A stretch of 64,000 nt of DNA from Candidatus Paceibacter sp. (GTDB taxonomy: Bacteria > Patescibacteriota > Minisyncoccia > UBA6257 > 02-FULL-45-10c), in the NCBI GenBank assembly GCA_020724845.1, contig DYGE01000005.1, forward strand, positions 6,116 to 70,115, given 5' to 3'. Position 1 is the stretch's first letter, and each line of letters begins with the position of its first letter. The translations under genes and the position numbers were made by a program. The notes beneath the pieces were generated by a model. That model made no database searches. It was not told where the DNA came from and saw only the letters and a list, made by a program, of their open reading frames with translations. Below, piece by piece: positions 19,496 to 31,024 of the stretch.

Positions 19496-19525
19496 CGGTC
19501 TTTCACCAAGCAATTCTGTGGAAAA

Positions 19526-19951
19526 CTAATCCACTATTTCAATTCCCATATTTCGGGCGGTGCCGGAGATTATCTTCATCGCCGCTTCCACATCATAGGC
19601 GTTAAGATCAACCATTTTCTTTTCGGCAATCGCGCGAAGATCGGCTTTCGTAACCTTGCCAACTTTAGTTTTTAGCGCCTCGCCGGAACCCTTCTCAATG
19701 CCAGCCGCTTTTTTCAGCAAAGCGGAAGCCGGCGGGGTTTTTAATTTGAAGTCAAAGCTTCTGTCTTCATAAATAGTGATTTCCGCCGGCACAACATCGC
19801 CGATCATGTCTTTAGTGGCGTCATTGAATCGCTTGCAGAAGTCCTGAATGTTAACGCCGTGCTGGCCCAAAGCAGGGCCGATCGGCGGGGCCGGATTTGC
19901 CTGTCCGGCAGCAATTTGTAGTTTTAGAGTTGTTTTAATTGGTTTTGCCAT
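19526..19951 (-). CDS. rplK: 50S ribosomal protein L11
   Basis: [35 protein letters not shown]. Confidence 0.95.
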   Translation of the reverse strand: MAKPIKTTLKLQIAAGQANPAPPIGPALGQHGVNIQDFCKRFNDATKDMIGDVVPAEITIYEDRSFDFKLKTPPASALLKKAAGIEKGSGEALKTKVGKVTKADLRAIAEKKMVDLNAYDVEAAMKIISGTARNMGIEIVD

Positions 19952-20027
19952 ATTATAAGCATTTAACGGTTAACGAATAACGATTAGTAGAGGCCTAAGC
20001 GCCAAAGGTCGAACGTTATAAGCTGGT

Positions 20028-20612
20028 TTATATTTTTTGTATTTGTAATGAATCTAATTCAACTGCAGTGTCTCTTCCAAAAATCGGGACGAGTACTTTC
20101 ACTTTCGCTTTTTCCTCGTCTACTTCAGACACCTTGGCATCATAGTCCTTAAACGGCCCGTCAATAATTTTCACCATATCGCCAACCTGGACTTCCACCT
20201 TGAATTTAGTTTCCTTGCCGCCCATCCTCGCCATTAGATCTTCAATTTCTTCGGTAGAAAGCGGAACCGGCGTGGTGGAATCAGGGCCGACAAAACCAGT
20301 GACTCGCGGAGTATTTCTAACTACATACCAAGAATCTTCAGTTAAAAACATATCCACTAACACATAACCGGGATAAATCTTTTCTTCCACTGTCCGCCTT
20401 TTGCCATTCTTGATCTTCACTTTGGTCTCCTTAGGAACCAAGACATTAAAAATCTTATCATTCATAGAGAGCGAATCTACGCGCTGCCTTAAATAACGGG
20501 CAACCGCGTCTTCATATCCCGAATAAGTGTGAACCGCGTACCAATGACGGTCCTTGTCTTTGATCTCTACCATCTTATTTTTTGAATCCCCCGGATTTTG
20601 CGGCTTTGCCAT
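20028..20612 (-). CDS. nusG: Transcription termination/antitermination factor NusG
   Basis: NGN domain HWYAVHTYSGYE, KOW motif VGDMVKIIDGPFKDYDAKV. Confidence 0.9.
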   Translation of the reverse strand: MAKPQNPGDSKNKMVEIKDKDRHWYAVHTYSGYEDAVARYLRQRVDSLSMNDKIFNVLVPKETKVKIKNGKRRTVEEKIYPGYVLVDMFLTEDSWYVVRNTPRVTGFVGPDSTTPVPLSTEEIEDLMARMGGKETKFKVEVQVGDMVKIIDGPFKDYDAKVSEVDEEKAKVKVLVPIFGRDTAVELDSLQIQKI

Positions 20613-20626
20613 ATAAAAATATCAGT

Positions 20627-20815
20627 TTAGTTTAATAAGAGAACCTCCAATAAATAGGTAAAAAGATAATCCAACGCCCCCAAAAATGCTGCTACCAGGA
20701 CCGATAGGGCAATAACCACCAAAGTCAAGCGGACAGTTTCCTGCTGGGTCGGCCAATTCACACGGCCAAGCTCTTGTTTTGATTCTTGTAAAAATGAGGT
20801 TAATTTATTAAGCAT
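20627..20815 (-). CDS. secE: Preprotein translocase subunit SecE
   Basis: 62 aa with a single TM segment, sitting in the conserved secE-nusG-rplK arrangement. Confidence 0.8.
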   Translation of the reverse strand: MLNKLTSFLQESKQELGRVNWPTQQETVRLTLVVIALSVLVAAFLGALDYLFTYLLEVLLLN

Positions 20816-20866
20816 TGTGTTATTATACCTGTTTGCATCGGCGCTGTCAACAAATAACCGGCGGTT

Positions 20867-22843
<1,977 letters not shown>

Positions 22844-22914
22844 TTAATTAAAAAAAGCCGGGGCTTTTTACTTATACAGTATAGCAAATTACACCCCGTA
22901 TTTCAATTAAAAAA

Positions 22915-22934
22915 GCCGCCTATTTAGGGGCGGC
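22915..22934 (-). terminator. Terminator hairpin overlapping the coaD-HD stop codon; a second hairpin follows at 22851-22869
   Basis: gccgcctatttaggggcggc followed by a T-run on the minus strand; further downstream aaaaaaGCCGGGGCttttt. Confidence 0.5.
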
Positions 22935-24050
22935 GGATAATGCTGCTAGCGACCTGCTTAGGTTTTCTCTGGCGGATTTTTCGAACTTATTCCTGAAATA
23001 TTCGGTGTGATAAATATTCGGCCTTTCTAAGAACATTCGGAGAACCGCTTCCCTCCCCCGATTAAAAGCCTCTTTAGTAACTGACCTATATTCCTTTCTG
23101 ATATTTTGTTCGTATTCATCAAATTCCCCGGGTGCGGCCCCCAGAATAGCAAGGTCAACGTCGAGCAAAAGCTTAGCATCGTCATCCTTTGGAACGCTAG
23201 TATGCCTGGTGGCTAGAATCAGCCTGACTACTTTCTCTATTAAAGCTTCCGATAGTCCATCACTCATGACTTTCTTGAAGAACTCGGCGCTTTGCGCCTC
23301 ATTATCACCTCTGTCTGGATCATAGACCGCGTCGTGGAAATAAAGAGCTAATTCCACGGCATCAAAGTTTTTCGGTAAACTTCCGGCATCAGCCAATTCT
23401 TTAGCTGCAACCAGCTCCCTGAGGCAATGGCTGATATGAGAAAAAGTGTGATAGGCCCTATGAGGTTCAGAATATTTTTCTACAAGTAAAGAATATACGC
23501 CTCGAGGATCTCCTTTGGCCCCGGTGCTATTCCACAGCCGGATCCAGGTAAGTTCAGATAGCCGGTTCATCAAAATTGCCCTATATACAGGCGCCGGAAC
23601 GTACTTTCTCACCACTTCCCTCCAACCCTGCGGACCGATCAGGCCCTTGACCAGACTAGAGCTAATTTCGGCAATTTCCCTCGGAGGCATCAAAAATACG
23701 GTAGTAACCTCTTTCTTTAGATCGGCATTAATATTTCTCATAGAATGCTCATTAAAATAATCCGCTCCATTCCTAATTCCTCTCAAAACATATTGAGCTC
23801 CTGCCTCCTTGGCATAGTCAACCAGAAACTTATTTTCAAAACTCGCAACCCGAACATTCGACATCTCAACCGTGACTTGGCGCAACATTTCTAACCTTTC
23901 ACTCAACGAAAAAGTGTATCTTTTATCGGGATTGACACCGATAGCCACTACCATCTCGTCAAATAACGCCGTACCCTGCTCAATCATCCAAAGATGCCCG
24001 TTAGTCGGGGGGTCAAAGCTTCCGGCGTAAACTCCGATTCTCTTTTCCAT
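22920..24050 (-). CDS. coaD: Fusion protein: phosphopantetheine adenylyltransferase (CoaD) N-terminal domain plus a C-terminal HD-domain hydrolase-like domain
   Basis: IGVYAGSFDPPTNGH (PPAT HxGH-type motif) at the N-terminus. C-terminal HTFSHISH ... LALYFHDAVYDP (HD motif). Start set at MEKRIGVY because a terminator lies further upstream. Confidence 0.7.
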   Translation of the reverse strand: MEKRIGVYAGSFDPPTNGHLWMIEQGTALFDEMVVAIGVNPDKRYTFSLSERLEMLRQVTVEMSNVRVASFENKFLVDYAKEAGAQYVLRGIRNGADYFNEHSMRNINADLKKEVTTVFLMPPREIAEISSSLVKGLIGPQGWREVVRKYVPAPVYRAILMNRLSELTWIRLWNSTGAKGDPRGVYSLLVEKYSEPHRAYHTFSHISHCLRELVAAKELADAGSLPKNFDAVELALYFHDAVYDPDRGDNEAQSAEFFKKVMSDGLSEALIEKVVRLILATRHTSVPKDDDAKLLLDVDLAILGAAPGEFDEYEQNIRKEYRSVTKEAFNRGREAVLRMFLERPNIYHTEYFRNKFEKSARENLSRSLAALSAAPK

Positions 24051-24130
24051 TCCTTTCTGTCTTAGTTCAATTTTCAACGATAGCCATATTCTAGTATAAA
24101 TCCTGTATAAAGTCAAAATTAACCGCCATA

Positions 24131-24163
24131 AGAAAAAACCCCGCAATGCGGGGTTATTTTTTT
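24131..24163. terminator. Intrinsic terminator with core CCCCGCAATGCGGGG (shared with 25948-25980)
   Basis: aaaaaaCCCCGCAATGCGGGGttattttttt overlapping the methyltransferase stop codon. Confidence 0.6.
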
Positions 24164-24807
24164 AGACAGCGATACAACGAAGCGCCGCCTTCCACTTTCA
24201 CATCCAATAGGAAATAAGGATTCAGCATTCTCGCCAGTCGTTCCGGAGATAGCCAGTGGAAAGAAGTTAGGTGGCAAGGCATTCCTTCTCTGACCTGCAC
24301 ATGATGCACGATATCGCCCACCAACCAGCTGACTTCCACAAAATTATCTCCATCGAGCTGATATTCTTTAACTAGCGGCTTTTCTGGCGGTCTTTTATTG
24401 AAAGTATTAAACACAAATACTCCGCCACCCCTTAGAAACGCAGCCAAGAAGCTCGCAATCTCTTCGCAAAGCCAGTAATTAACGGCTTGCTGACAAAAAA
24501 TGAAATCAAATTGCTTTTTATCTTTTACGGAAGATTTGATATAGGAATCAACCGTGTCTACCTCCACCCGAATTCTGGGATTCAATTTGGCCGGCAGGCC
24601 CATCATACGTTCTTCTCTGTCAACTAAGACTACTTCTTCGGCGCCAAGACGAGCCGCTTCAAGCGACAATCTGCCGCTCCCGCCGCAAAGATCCAGCACT
24701 CTCTTACCGGCAACCGAACCGACTAATTCAATCAAGCTTCCGGCCGGCCGGCTATAAAATCGCTTATAAAGCTTTTCGTAAGTTTGGTAATCCGGATATT
24801 GTTCCAT
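24154..24807 (-). CDS. Class I SAM-dependent methyltransferase
   Basis: Motif I VLDLCGGSGRLSLEAA, motif II VVLVD. Confidence 0.75.
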   Translation of the reverse strand: MEQYPDYQTYEKLYKRFYSRPAGSLIELVGSVAGKRVLDLCGGSGRLSLEAARLGAEEVVLVDREERMMGLPAKLNPRIRVEVDTVDSYIKSSVKDKKQFDFIFCQQAVNYWLCEEIASFLAAFLRGGGVFVFNTFNKRPPEKPLVKEYQLDGDNFVEVSWLVGDIVHHVQVREGMPCHLTSFHWLSPERLARMLNPYFLLDVKVEGGASLYRCLKK

Positions 24808-25914
24808 TTAGAGCCTCCTCCCATCCTTATCAAACAACAAGATACAGCCATGTGCCTCAATATTGTAAGAAATGTGATTCGGACGATTGGTATCTCTTAC
24901 CGTTCCTGGCGGAGCGTAAGAAAAAGTCGGCAGCGAAGGCTCTTGCTTATGATAATGAACAACGTGGTCAACTTTCGGATTCTCAAAAATTCTAGCCAAA
25001 AGAGGCGCGTTTAAGCTGGCTTTCCTGGGTCCGGAGATCACTTCCCTTTTTTTATGACTAACCCGCAAAACCCGCACTATATCATCCAACTCTTTCTTGC
25101 CCCGGCCAGTAGTCACAAAACCGCTTTTATACCTTACCGCGATTGTGCCAAACATCGTTCCATCTTCCACGGCTACAAATTTGTCGGCGAATTTGCCCAG
25201 TAGCTTCTTGATCTTGTTTACTGCGCCGGCCGGCAAAGATTGGTCCGGCATTAAGACTGTTCGGTAATATAGATCATTGATGACGTCCCATATCCATTCA
25301 GCTAAATCCCCTTGAGACAACTCATGAACTGCCCTCTCTCTGGTAACCGCGTACTTCTTCAAAAGATTTCCGGTGTCATTCGCGAAAACGGCCGTTGCCG
25401 CAGAATTCAAAACTATTTCGTAAGCAGCTCCAATGAGATCTTCATAGGAAACTCCAGACAATAATTTGAATCCGAAAAGCTGAGTATGCGGGGCCACGCC
25501 CCTGACCCGATCTATGATTCTCGGAGCAATGGTAAAATTGATCGGAATAATATCTCCAGGCCTATAATTATGGCTTGGGAATTTTCCCGTAAATGGTTCC
25601 GCCGGAATTAGGTTAGCGACTGCCGCTCCCAGAATCACCGCATCCATTTGGGGCGCTAATTCTAGAACCAGGCGCTGATAATCTTCTATGCCTTGGTGCG
25701 GCAAAAGCTTTAGGCCTTTATCGCTTTTCGGCAATTTTGTCTCCAAACGATGCGGATGCACGTAGGTTACTTCCGCGCCGAAAGAAATCAGGTTATCTGC
25801 CAACTCGGCAATCAACCCCCCCTTAAAGCGATTGGTAATAATCTTAACAGCGTCAAGATAGCAATGTACCGGCCCGCCGGTTATCAAAACTTTTTTGGAA
25901 GTTTCCATCTTCAT
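24808..25914 (-). CDS. coaB: Phosphopantothenate-cysteine ligase (CoaB/DFP-like) with an extra C-terminal region
   Basis: ITGGPVHCYLDAVKIITNRFKGGLIAELADNLISFGAEVTYV aligns with the CoaB motif ITAGPTxEPLDPVRxIxNxSSGKMG...G..VTLV. Confidence 0.6.
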   Translation of the reverse strand: MKMETSKKVLITGGPVHCYLDAVKIITNRFKGGLIAELADNLISFGAEVTYVHPHRLETKLPKSDKGLKLLPHQGIEDYQRLVLELAPQMDAVILGAAVANLIPAEPFTGKFPSHNYRPGDIIPINFTIAPRIIDRVRGVAPHTQLFGFKLLSGVSYEDLIGAAYEIVLNSAATAVFANDTGNLLKKYAVTRERAVHELSQGDLAEWIWDVINDLYYRTVLMPDQSLPAGAVNKIKKLLGKFADKFVAVEDGTMFGTIAVRYKSGFVTTGRGKKELDDIVRVLRVSHKKREVISGPRKASLNAPLLARIFENPKVDHVVHYHKQEPSLPTFSYAPPGTVRDTNRPNHISYNIEAHGCILLFDKDGRRL

Positions 25915-25947
25915 TTTTCAACCTGAAGTATAACTGGCTGTAGTTTA

Positions 25948-25980
25948 CTCTAAAAAGAAAAGCCCCGCAATGCGGGGCAA
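25948..25980 (-). terminator. Intrinsic terminator with the same CCCCGCAATGCGGGG core
   Basis: agCCCCGCAATGCGGGGc with a T-run on the minus strand after the HIT gene. Confidence 0.6.
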
Positions 25981-25991
25981 TGAATCAAGAC

Positions 25992-26912
25992 TTACAAACC
26001 GACGGTGGAGAACAGATCTTCCCTGATCTCTTGAATCGCCTTTTCCTTATTCCAGCTGTTGTCGGATGCCTTGATAATAGCTATAGCCAATTCCTCCGGC
26101 AAACCAATCTCCCGCGCGTACAACATTTCCGCTCCCGGATAGCAATGCTTCCACTTAACAAAAGCGCAAACCGCCATGATCGGATCGTAGCCCAGATTAT
26201 CAGCCGTCCGGAGATGACCCTCTTCGGTAATTTTCCAAGAATACCGAGAATTCCGCAGATTATACAAAAACTCTTCATAGGCTCTAACCATCGGATGAGA
26301 AAAATACGGGCTGAGGCGAGCAACGGTGTCTTCCCACAAAGATCTATCAATATCCCTATCCATAACCTTCCAATCGGCCCTTTCCGGACGCTTCAGGAGC
26401 TGGGCCGCTACCGTGCGAAAATACTGCTTCGGCGCGTTCGGTTCCCAGCAAGTACGGTATACCTTTTCCGGGTTCCAAAGCAGATATGGCTTTTTAAAAA
26501 CTTGGTACTTCTCACGGATATCCGTGAGAGCGCCTGATAACATCATTAAGTTGCCGGGAAAGTCATCCATCAACCTGTCGTCCAGAGATCCTAAAACAGC
26601 CGGGATCAGATGAAGATGAGCATGATTAATGGTTTGTCCGACTATTCCATGCTCAAACAAACTCACCGATTCACCATAACCCCCTGCTGCCAAACGGGAG
26701 AAAGCGACATCTTTTAAGCGCTCCATTTCTTCCAGTTCCGGAACTTTCATTTCACCAATACAAGAAACGTGCCTCTTGGGAAAGATGAGGAGATAACCGC
26801 CATCTGTTATTTGACCAAGACTCGCAACGATATTAAATCGTTCATTCTCAAAAATAAGCCTATCCTCAAATAAAGCCTGCTCGCAAAACACGCAGTCGTT
26901 TTTCATTTTCAA
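25992..26912 (-). CDS. HIT-family (histidine triad) nucleotide hydrolase/transferase with a ~170-aa C-terminal extension
   Basis: N-terminal CVFCE ... HAHLHLIP (HxHxHxx). Confidence 0.75.
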   Translation of the reverse strand: MKMKNDCVFCEQALFEDRLIFENERFNIVASLGQITDGGYLLIFPKRHVSCIGEMKVPELEEMERLKDVAFSRLAAGGYGESVSLFEHGIVGQTINHAHLHLIPAVLGSLDDRLMDDFPGNLMMLSGALTDIREKYQVFKKPYLLWNPEKVYRTCWEPNAPKQYFRTVAAQLLKRPERADWKVMDRDIDRSLWEDTVARLSPYFSHPMVRAYEEFLYNLRNSRYSWKITEEGHLRTADNLGYDPIMAVCAFVKWKHCYPGAEMLYAREIGLPEELAIAIIKASDNSWNKEKAIQEIREDLFSTVGL

Positions 26913-27023
26913 AGCTCGCCTTAATTGCTAGCTATATATTAGTTGAAAAATTGCCTAATGTCAAAACAATAAAGTAAGAAACAGGTCTATTGCCGGTTAA
27001 AAATAAAGATAAAAACTTTCCAT

Positions 27024-27048
27024 TAAAAAAACCGCCTATTTAGGCGGT
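27024..27048 (-). terminator. Intrinsic terminator (ctattta loop class)
   Basis: aaaaaaaCCGCCtatttaGGCGGtt. Confidence 0.6.
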
Positions 27049-27059
27049 TGTAATCATTA

Positions 27060-29078
27060 CTACCAAACTTTCGCCCTCTTTGATTTCGGGCGATACATTC
27101 TGTCTTTCGGCCTACAACCAAACGCTTTATGGAAGGCTTCCATGTTGGCCAGGGGCTCTAAGACCCTCAATTTGCAAGGCGCGTGAGGGTCAATTACAAG
27201 ATGCTGCCTAGCCAATTCATCGTTAATATTTATCCTCCAAATCTGCGCCCAGTTAATGAAGAATCTTTGTTCAGGCGTAAAACCATCAATCAGACCAGGG
27301 CGGCCCTTTTCTTTTAGAGCTTTTTGCAAAGCATCAAAAGCGATCGATAACCCGCCAAGATCAGCAATGTTTTCTCCCAAAGTTAGTTTGCCGTTTACTT
27401 TCTTTCCGTCGATTACCACGCGATTTTCGAACTGTCTCACCAGCTTTTTGGTTCTTTTTTCAAAGTTATCCCTATCTCTCTTGGTCCACCAGTCTTTCAA
27501 GTTACCCTTAGCGTCATACTTACTGCCTTTATCATCAAACCCGTGAGTCAGCTCATGACCGATCACTGCCCCAATACCGGCATAGTTGACCGCGTCATCA
27601 GCATCGGGATCAAAAAATGGCGACTGCATAATACCGGCAGGGAACAGAATCTCGTTCATCTGAGGCAAGTAGCCAGCGTTAATAGTCGGAGGGTTCAAGA
27701 ACCACTCACTCCTATCAACCGGCTTACCCAGCTTTTTCAGCATCCGACGGAACCAGAATTCATTTGCTCTCAAGCAATTAAGAATGTAGGCATCAGGCCG
27801 AATATCCATATCCCCATAATCTTCCCAAACATCCGGATAACCCAATTTCCTAGCTACCCTATCCAGCTTTTCGAGCGCCTTTGCCTTGGTTTTTCCCGTC
27901 ATCCAGTCCAGGTTTTTGATTCTTTCCCCATACGCCGCAATAAGGTGATCTACTAATTCATTAACTATCTTTTTAGCCTTAGGCGGGAAATAGAAGGCAA
28001 CGTAATCCTTGCTGATAGCGTGACCGATGAATTTATCCAACACTCCGATACACCTCTCCCATCTAGGCTTCATCTTTTTTGCCCCGCTAAGCTTCTTCCC
28101 ATAAAAGGAGAAACTATGCCTTACAAATTTATCTCCCAGGCGGCTGAAAGATTGATTCAATAAGCACCAGGAAAGATAGACCCTCCACTCTTCAATGCTG
28201 ATTTGTCCCAACAAGGAACTGGTTCCTTCAAAAAATTTCAATTGCTCAACAACAAGCGTTCGCAACTTCGGAATCTTTACCTCATCAAAATATTTTTGCC
28301 ACGGAACATTTGGAGCTAATTTTCTCAGTTGAGAGAAAGTCATTTTATTGTACCGAGAAACCGGATCGCGCCTCTCAACCCTTGTCATAGAAACCCGGGC
28401 AAGAGAAGCCTCGATTTTAAGCACAATCTTTGCTGACCGATTCGGGTTCTTGTTCCCTAATAGAGCAAATGACCTCGCAATGTAGTCGAGGTATTGCTCA
28501 AGAAGCTCTTTGGCCTTTCCTTCCTTACTGACATAATAATCTTGATCTGGAAGGCCGAGCCCTCCTTGACAGAGCTTCAAAGCCATCAGCTCATTATCCT
28601 TAGCATCTTGATCAACATATATGTTCCATAGGCTGTTAATGCCAATTCTATGGAGATGAGCGACAACTGCCATTAGATCCTCTAAGGTCTTTACCGACGA
28701 AATGCGATCAAGCTCTCCTTGAAGAGAGACAATGCCTTGCCTATTAAGCTTCTTACTATCCATGCCGGTCAAATAGAAATCTTTCACTTTCTGACGCTCG
28801 CTTCCCTTTGGATGTTCCTTAGAAACAATTTTCTCAACGATAGCTCTCAATCTCCTGGCACTCTGGCGATCAAGGACATCAAACGTCCCCCAACGACTTT
28901 TGGATGGCGGAATCGGATTACTTTTCAACCAGCCGCCATTTACATACTGATAAAAGTCGTCTCGAGGATCAGCGCTTAAATCAAAATTCTTTCGATCGAT
29001 GATCTTCTTTTCCATATTTGTTTCCATATATCTAAACAATGCTGACAATATTTTAGCTAAAAAATAGACCCAGGTCAA
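27060..29078 (-). CDS. pepO: M13-family zinc metallopeptidase (PepO/neprilysin-like)
   Basis: HExxH VIGHELTHGFDD, GENIADLGG (ENIAD motif), 672 aa. Confidence 0.85.
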   Translation of the reverse strand: MTWVYFLAKILSALFRYMETNMEKKIIDRKNFDLSADPRDDFYQYVNGGWLKSNPIPPSKSRWGTFDVLDRQSARRLRAIVEKIVSKEHPKGSERQKVKDFYLTGMDSKKLNRQGIVSLQGELDRISSVKTLEDLMAVVAHLHRIGINSLWNIYVDQDAKDNELMALKLCQGGLGLPDQDYYVSKEGKAKELLEQYLDYIARSFALLGNKNPNRSAKIVLKIEASLARVSMTRVERRDPVSRYNKMTFSQLRKLAPNVPWQKYFDEVKIPKLRTLVVEQLKFFEGTSSLLGQISIEEWRVYLSWCLLNQSFSRLGDKFVRHSFSFYGKKLSGAKKMKPRWERCIGVLDKFIGHAISKDYVAFYFPPKAKKIVNELVDHLIAAYGERIKNLDWMTGKTKAKALEKLDRVARKLGYPDVWEDYGDMDIRPDAYILNCLRANEFWFRRMLKKLGKPVDRSEWFLNPPTINAGYLPQMNEILFPAGIMQSPFFDPDADDAVNYAGIGAVIGHELTHGFDDKGSKYDAKGNLKDWWTKRDRDNFEKRTKKLVRQFENRVVIDGKKVNGKLTLGENIADLGGLSIAFDALQKALKEKGRPGLIDGFTPEQRFFINWAQIWRININDELARQHLVIDPHAPCKLRVLEPLANMEAFHKAFGCRPKDRMYRPKSKRAKVW

Positions 29079-29164
29079 ATGGAGCCCCCAACAGAATTTA
29101 TTGCGCTATAATCTCGAATAAAACATCTGGGAAAATTTACCGCGGGATAAATCGCGTAGAGTGT

Positions 29165-31018
29165 TTATTGCCGATTTCTAAATAACGTTTTCGCAAAATC
29201 CCAGAACTCTTCTCGTCCTTGCAGTTTTTCCCAATACCACCACTCTACGCCCCACAAGTAGGCCTCGCGAAATCCTACTTCCCGCGCGTACTCAATATTT
29301 TCCTGAAATTGCTCAAAACTCAAAGACTTGTCTCGCTCTTCAGCTGACATATGCGAAGTCGGCGCCGGCCCCCAGGGCTCGGCCTGAAGTTCTACTACGA
29401 CTATATCTTCAGTATCCGCAAAATATTTAATCAGGTTCGCCTTCCAATGGAAAAAACTCGGCGGAAGGGGGTAGCGCCAGTAGCCATCCCCGGGAATCAT
29501 ATCGCTCCAGATAACTCGATACATGGTAGTCCCGAAAACATCAGCTCGCCTGGCCGCTTGAATCCACAAGCTCAACTCCCCACTGTCGGTTACAATCACC
29601 GGGCGAGCATCCAACGATCGAACTAATTCCAGCTCTTCATCCAAAAAACCCTTATCAAACTCCGGACAAATCCCAAAACCAATCAAGAATGGCTCGTTTT
29701 CCACCTGCCAATATTTGATGCTCGGGTTGTCCTTATATCTGTTAACTGTTTCGGATATCAACTCCAAAAGATTATCTTCCCGCTCCTCCTTCTCAAATTG
29801 CATAGCCCAATCGGGTATGTGGCACTCCGGCCACCTTGGAACCCTTTGCCCAACAGCCAAAATAATTTCCGCGCCTCGCGCCCCGGCTTCACTTACCTGC
29901 CAGTCCAGATTGGAAAAATCCAACTCGCCCTCTTTTTGTTCGATGTCAGTCCAATAAGCAGAAATCCTGACCTTTCTTACCCTCAACTCATCTAGCATCG
30001 CGGCGTAGGCTGCTTGCCAATCTAAGCCAAGCTCTTCGGCCCGGAACTGGCTGAAAGTCACGCCAAAATCCTTCAAACCAGGCGCCAGATCTTCCGGCCT
30101 CTCGCGAAAAGCGAGAATTGCTAGCCCCAAGAAAATGAGCAAAATCGCGATAATCTTAGTGATAATAATTTTTCTGGAAGTTATTTCTTTGAAGAGAGCC
30201 GGGTAATACCTGGAAACCCCGGCCGCCAAGATCAGCACAAAAACATATTGCACTCCGGACAACGCCTGCACCAAGGCCACGCTACCAAGAAAAATCGCGT
30301 AATTCTGCAGTAAAAAGAAAACCCCAGCCAAAGATTTATTCAAAACAAACAGGCCGGCAGCTTTCCCGGAAATTCCCCTTAAATAATCTTTTAAAGTTTG
30401 ATGGCCGCCTATCCGCGATAAATATAAAAATGCTAATCCGGCAATAAGTTCCCCCATCCTGCCAACGACAAAACCATTTACAAAACTGGTTTCCGTATAG
30501 ACATGCTTTATCAAGACAAGCGAAACGGCGAGGAGTAAAGAGCTGGCTAATACAAATACCACTGATTCTAATGTGTGGAGCAAAACATCGGATATTTTAG
30601 TAGAGATCACGATGCCACCCGCTAACAAGACTAAAAACGCAAGAAGCTGGACACTATCCAGCTTCTCAACCAGAAACCAGCTACCGACCGCCAATGTAAA
30701 AATGGCGGTTAACGAGCCGGAGAGCGGAGTCACGCGGGAGATATCGCTTATCTGGATCGCCGAATAAAGAAAAAACAGCCCAATAACATAAATCGCTCCA
30801 CTGGCAAGAGCTAGCCAAACTAGACTCGGATTCTGTACCAGCGGTCCAAGCTCAAACCCGAAAGGGACCAAAATCAGTCCGTATATTCCAAAAACCCCAA
30901 CCCAGGCGGCATAAGTGATCGGCCGCGGAATGGCGGCTTTCAAAATAACCTTATCTAAAATCGCCACCAACGCGGCGACGAAGTAAGCAAGTATCGCGAA
31001 AAATAGCCAAGAAGACAT
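29165..31018 (-). CDS. Polytopic membrane protein (~10 TM) fused to a C-terminal clan GH-A (GH5-like TIM-barrel) glycoside hydrolase domain
   Basis: N-terminal 330 aa hydrophobic; the C-terminal domain has the YWQVENEPF (NEP acid/base) motif. Confidence 0.6.
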   Translation of the reverse strand: MSSWLFFAILAYFVAALVAILDKVILKAAIPRPITYAAWVGVFGIYGLILVPFGFELGPLVQNPSLVWLALASGAIYVIGLFFLYSAIQISDISRVTPLSGSLTAIFTLAVGSWFLVEKLDSVQLLAFLVLLAGGIVISTKISDVLLHTLESVVFVLASSLLLAVSLVLIKHVYTETSFVNGFVVGRMGELIAGLAFLYLSRIGGHQTLKDYLRGISGKAAGLFVLNKSLAGVFFLLQNYAIFLGSVALVQALSGVQYVFVLILAAGVSRYYPALFKEITSRKIIITKIIAILLIFLGLAILAFRERPEDLAPGLKDFGVTFSQFRAEELGLDWQAAYAAMLDELRVRKVRISAYWTDIEQKEGELDFSNLDWQVSEAGARGAEIILAVGQRVPRWPECHIPDWAMQFEKEEREDNLLELISETVNRYKDNPSIKYWQVENEPFLIGFGICPEFDKGFLDEELELVRSLDARPVIVTDSGELSLWIQAARRADVFGTTMYRVIWSDMIPGDGYWRYPLPPSFFHWKANLIKYFADTEDIVVVELQAEPWGPAPTSHMSAEERDKSLSFEQFQENIEYAREVGFREAYLWGVEWWYWEKLQGREEFWDFAKTLFRNRQ

Positions 31019-31024
31019 AAAATT

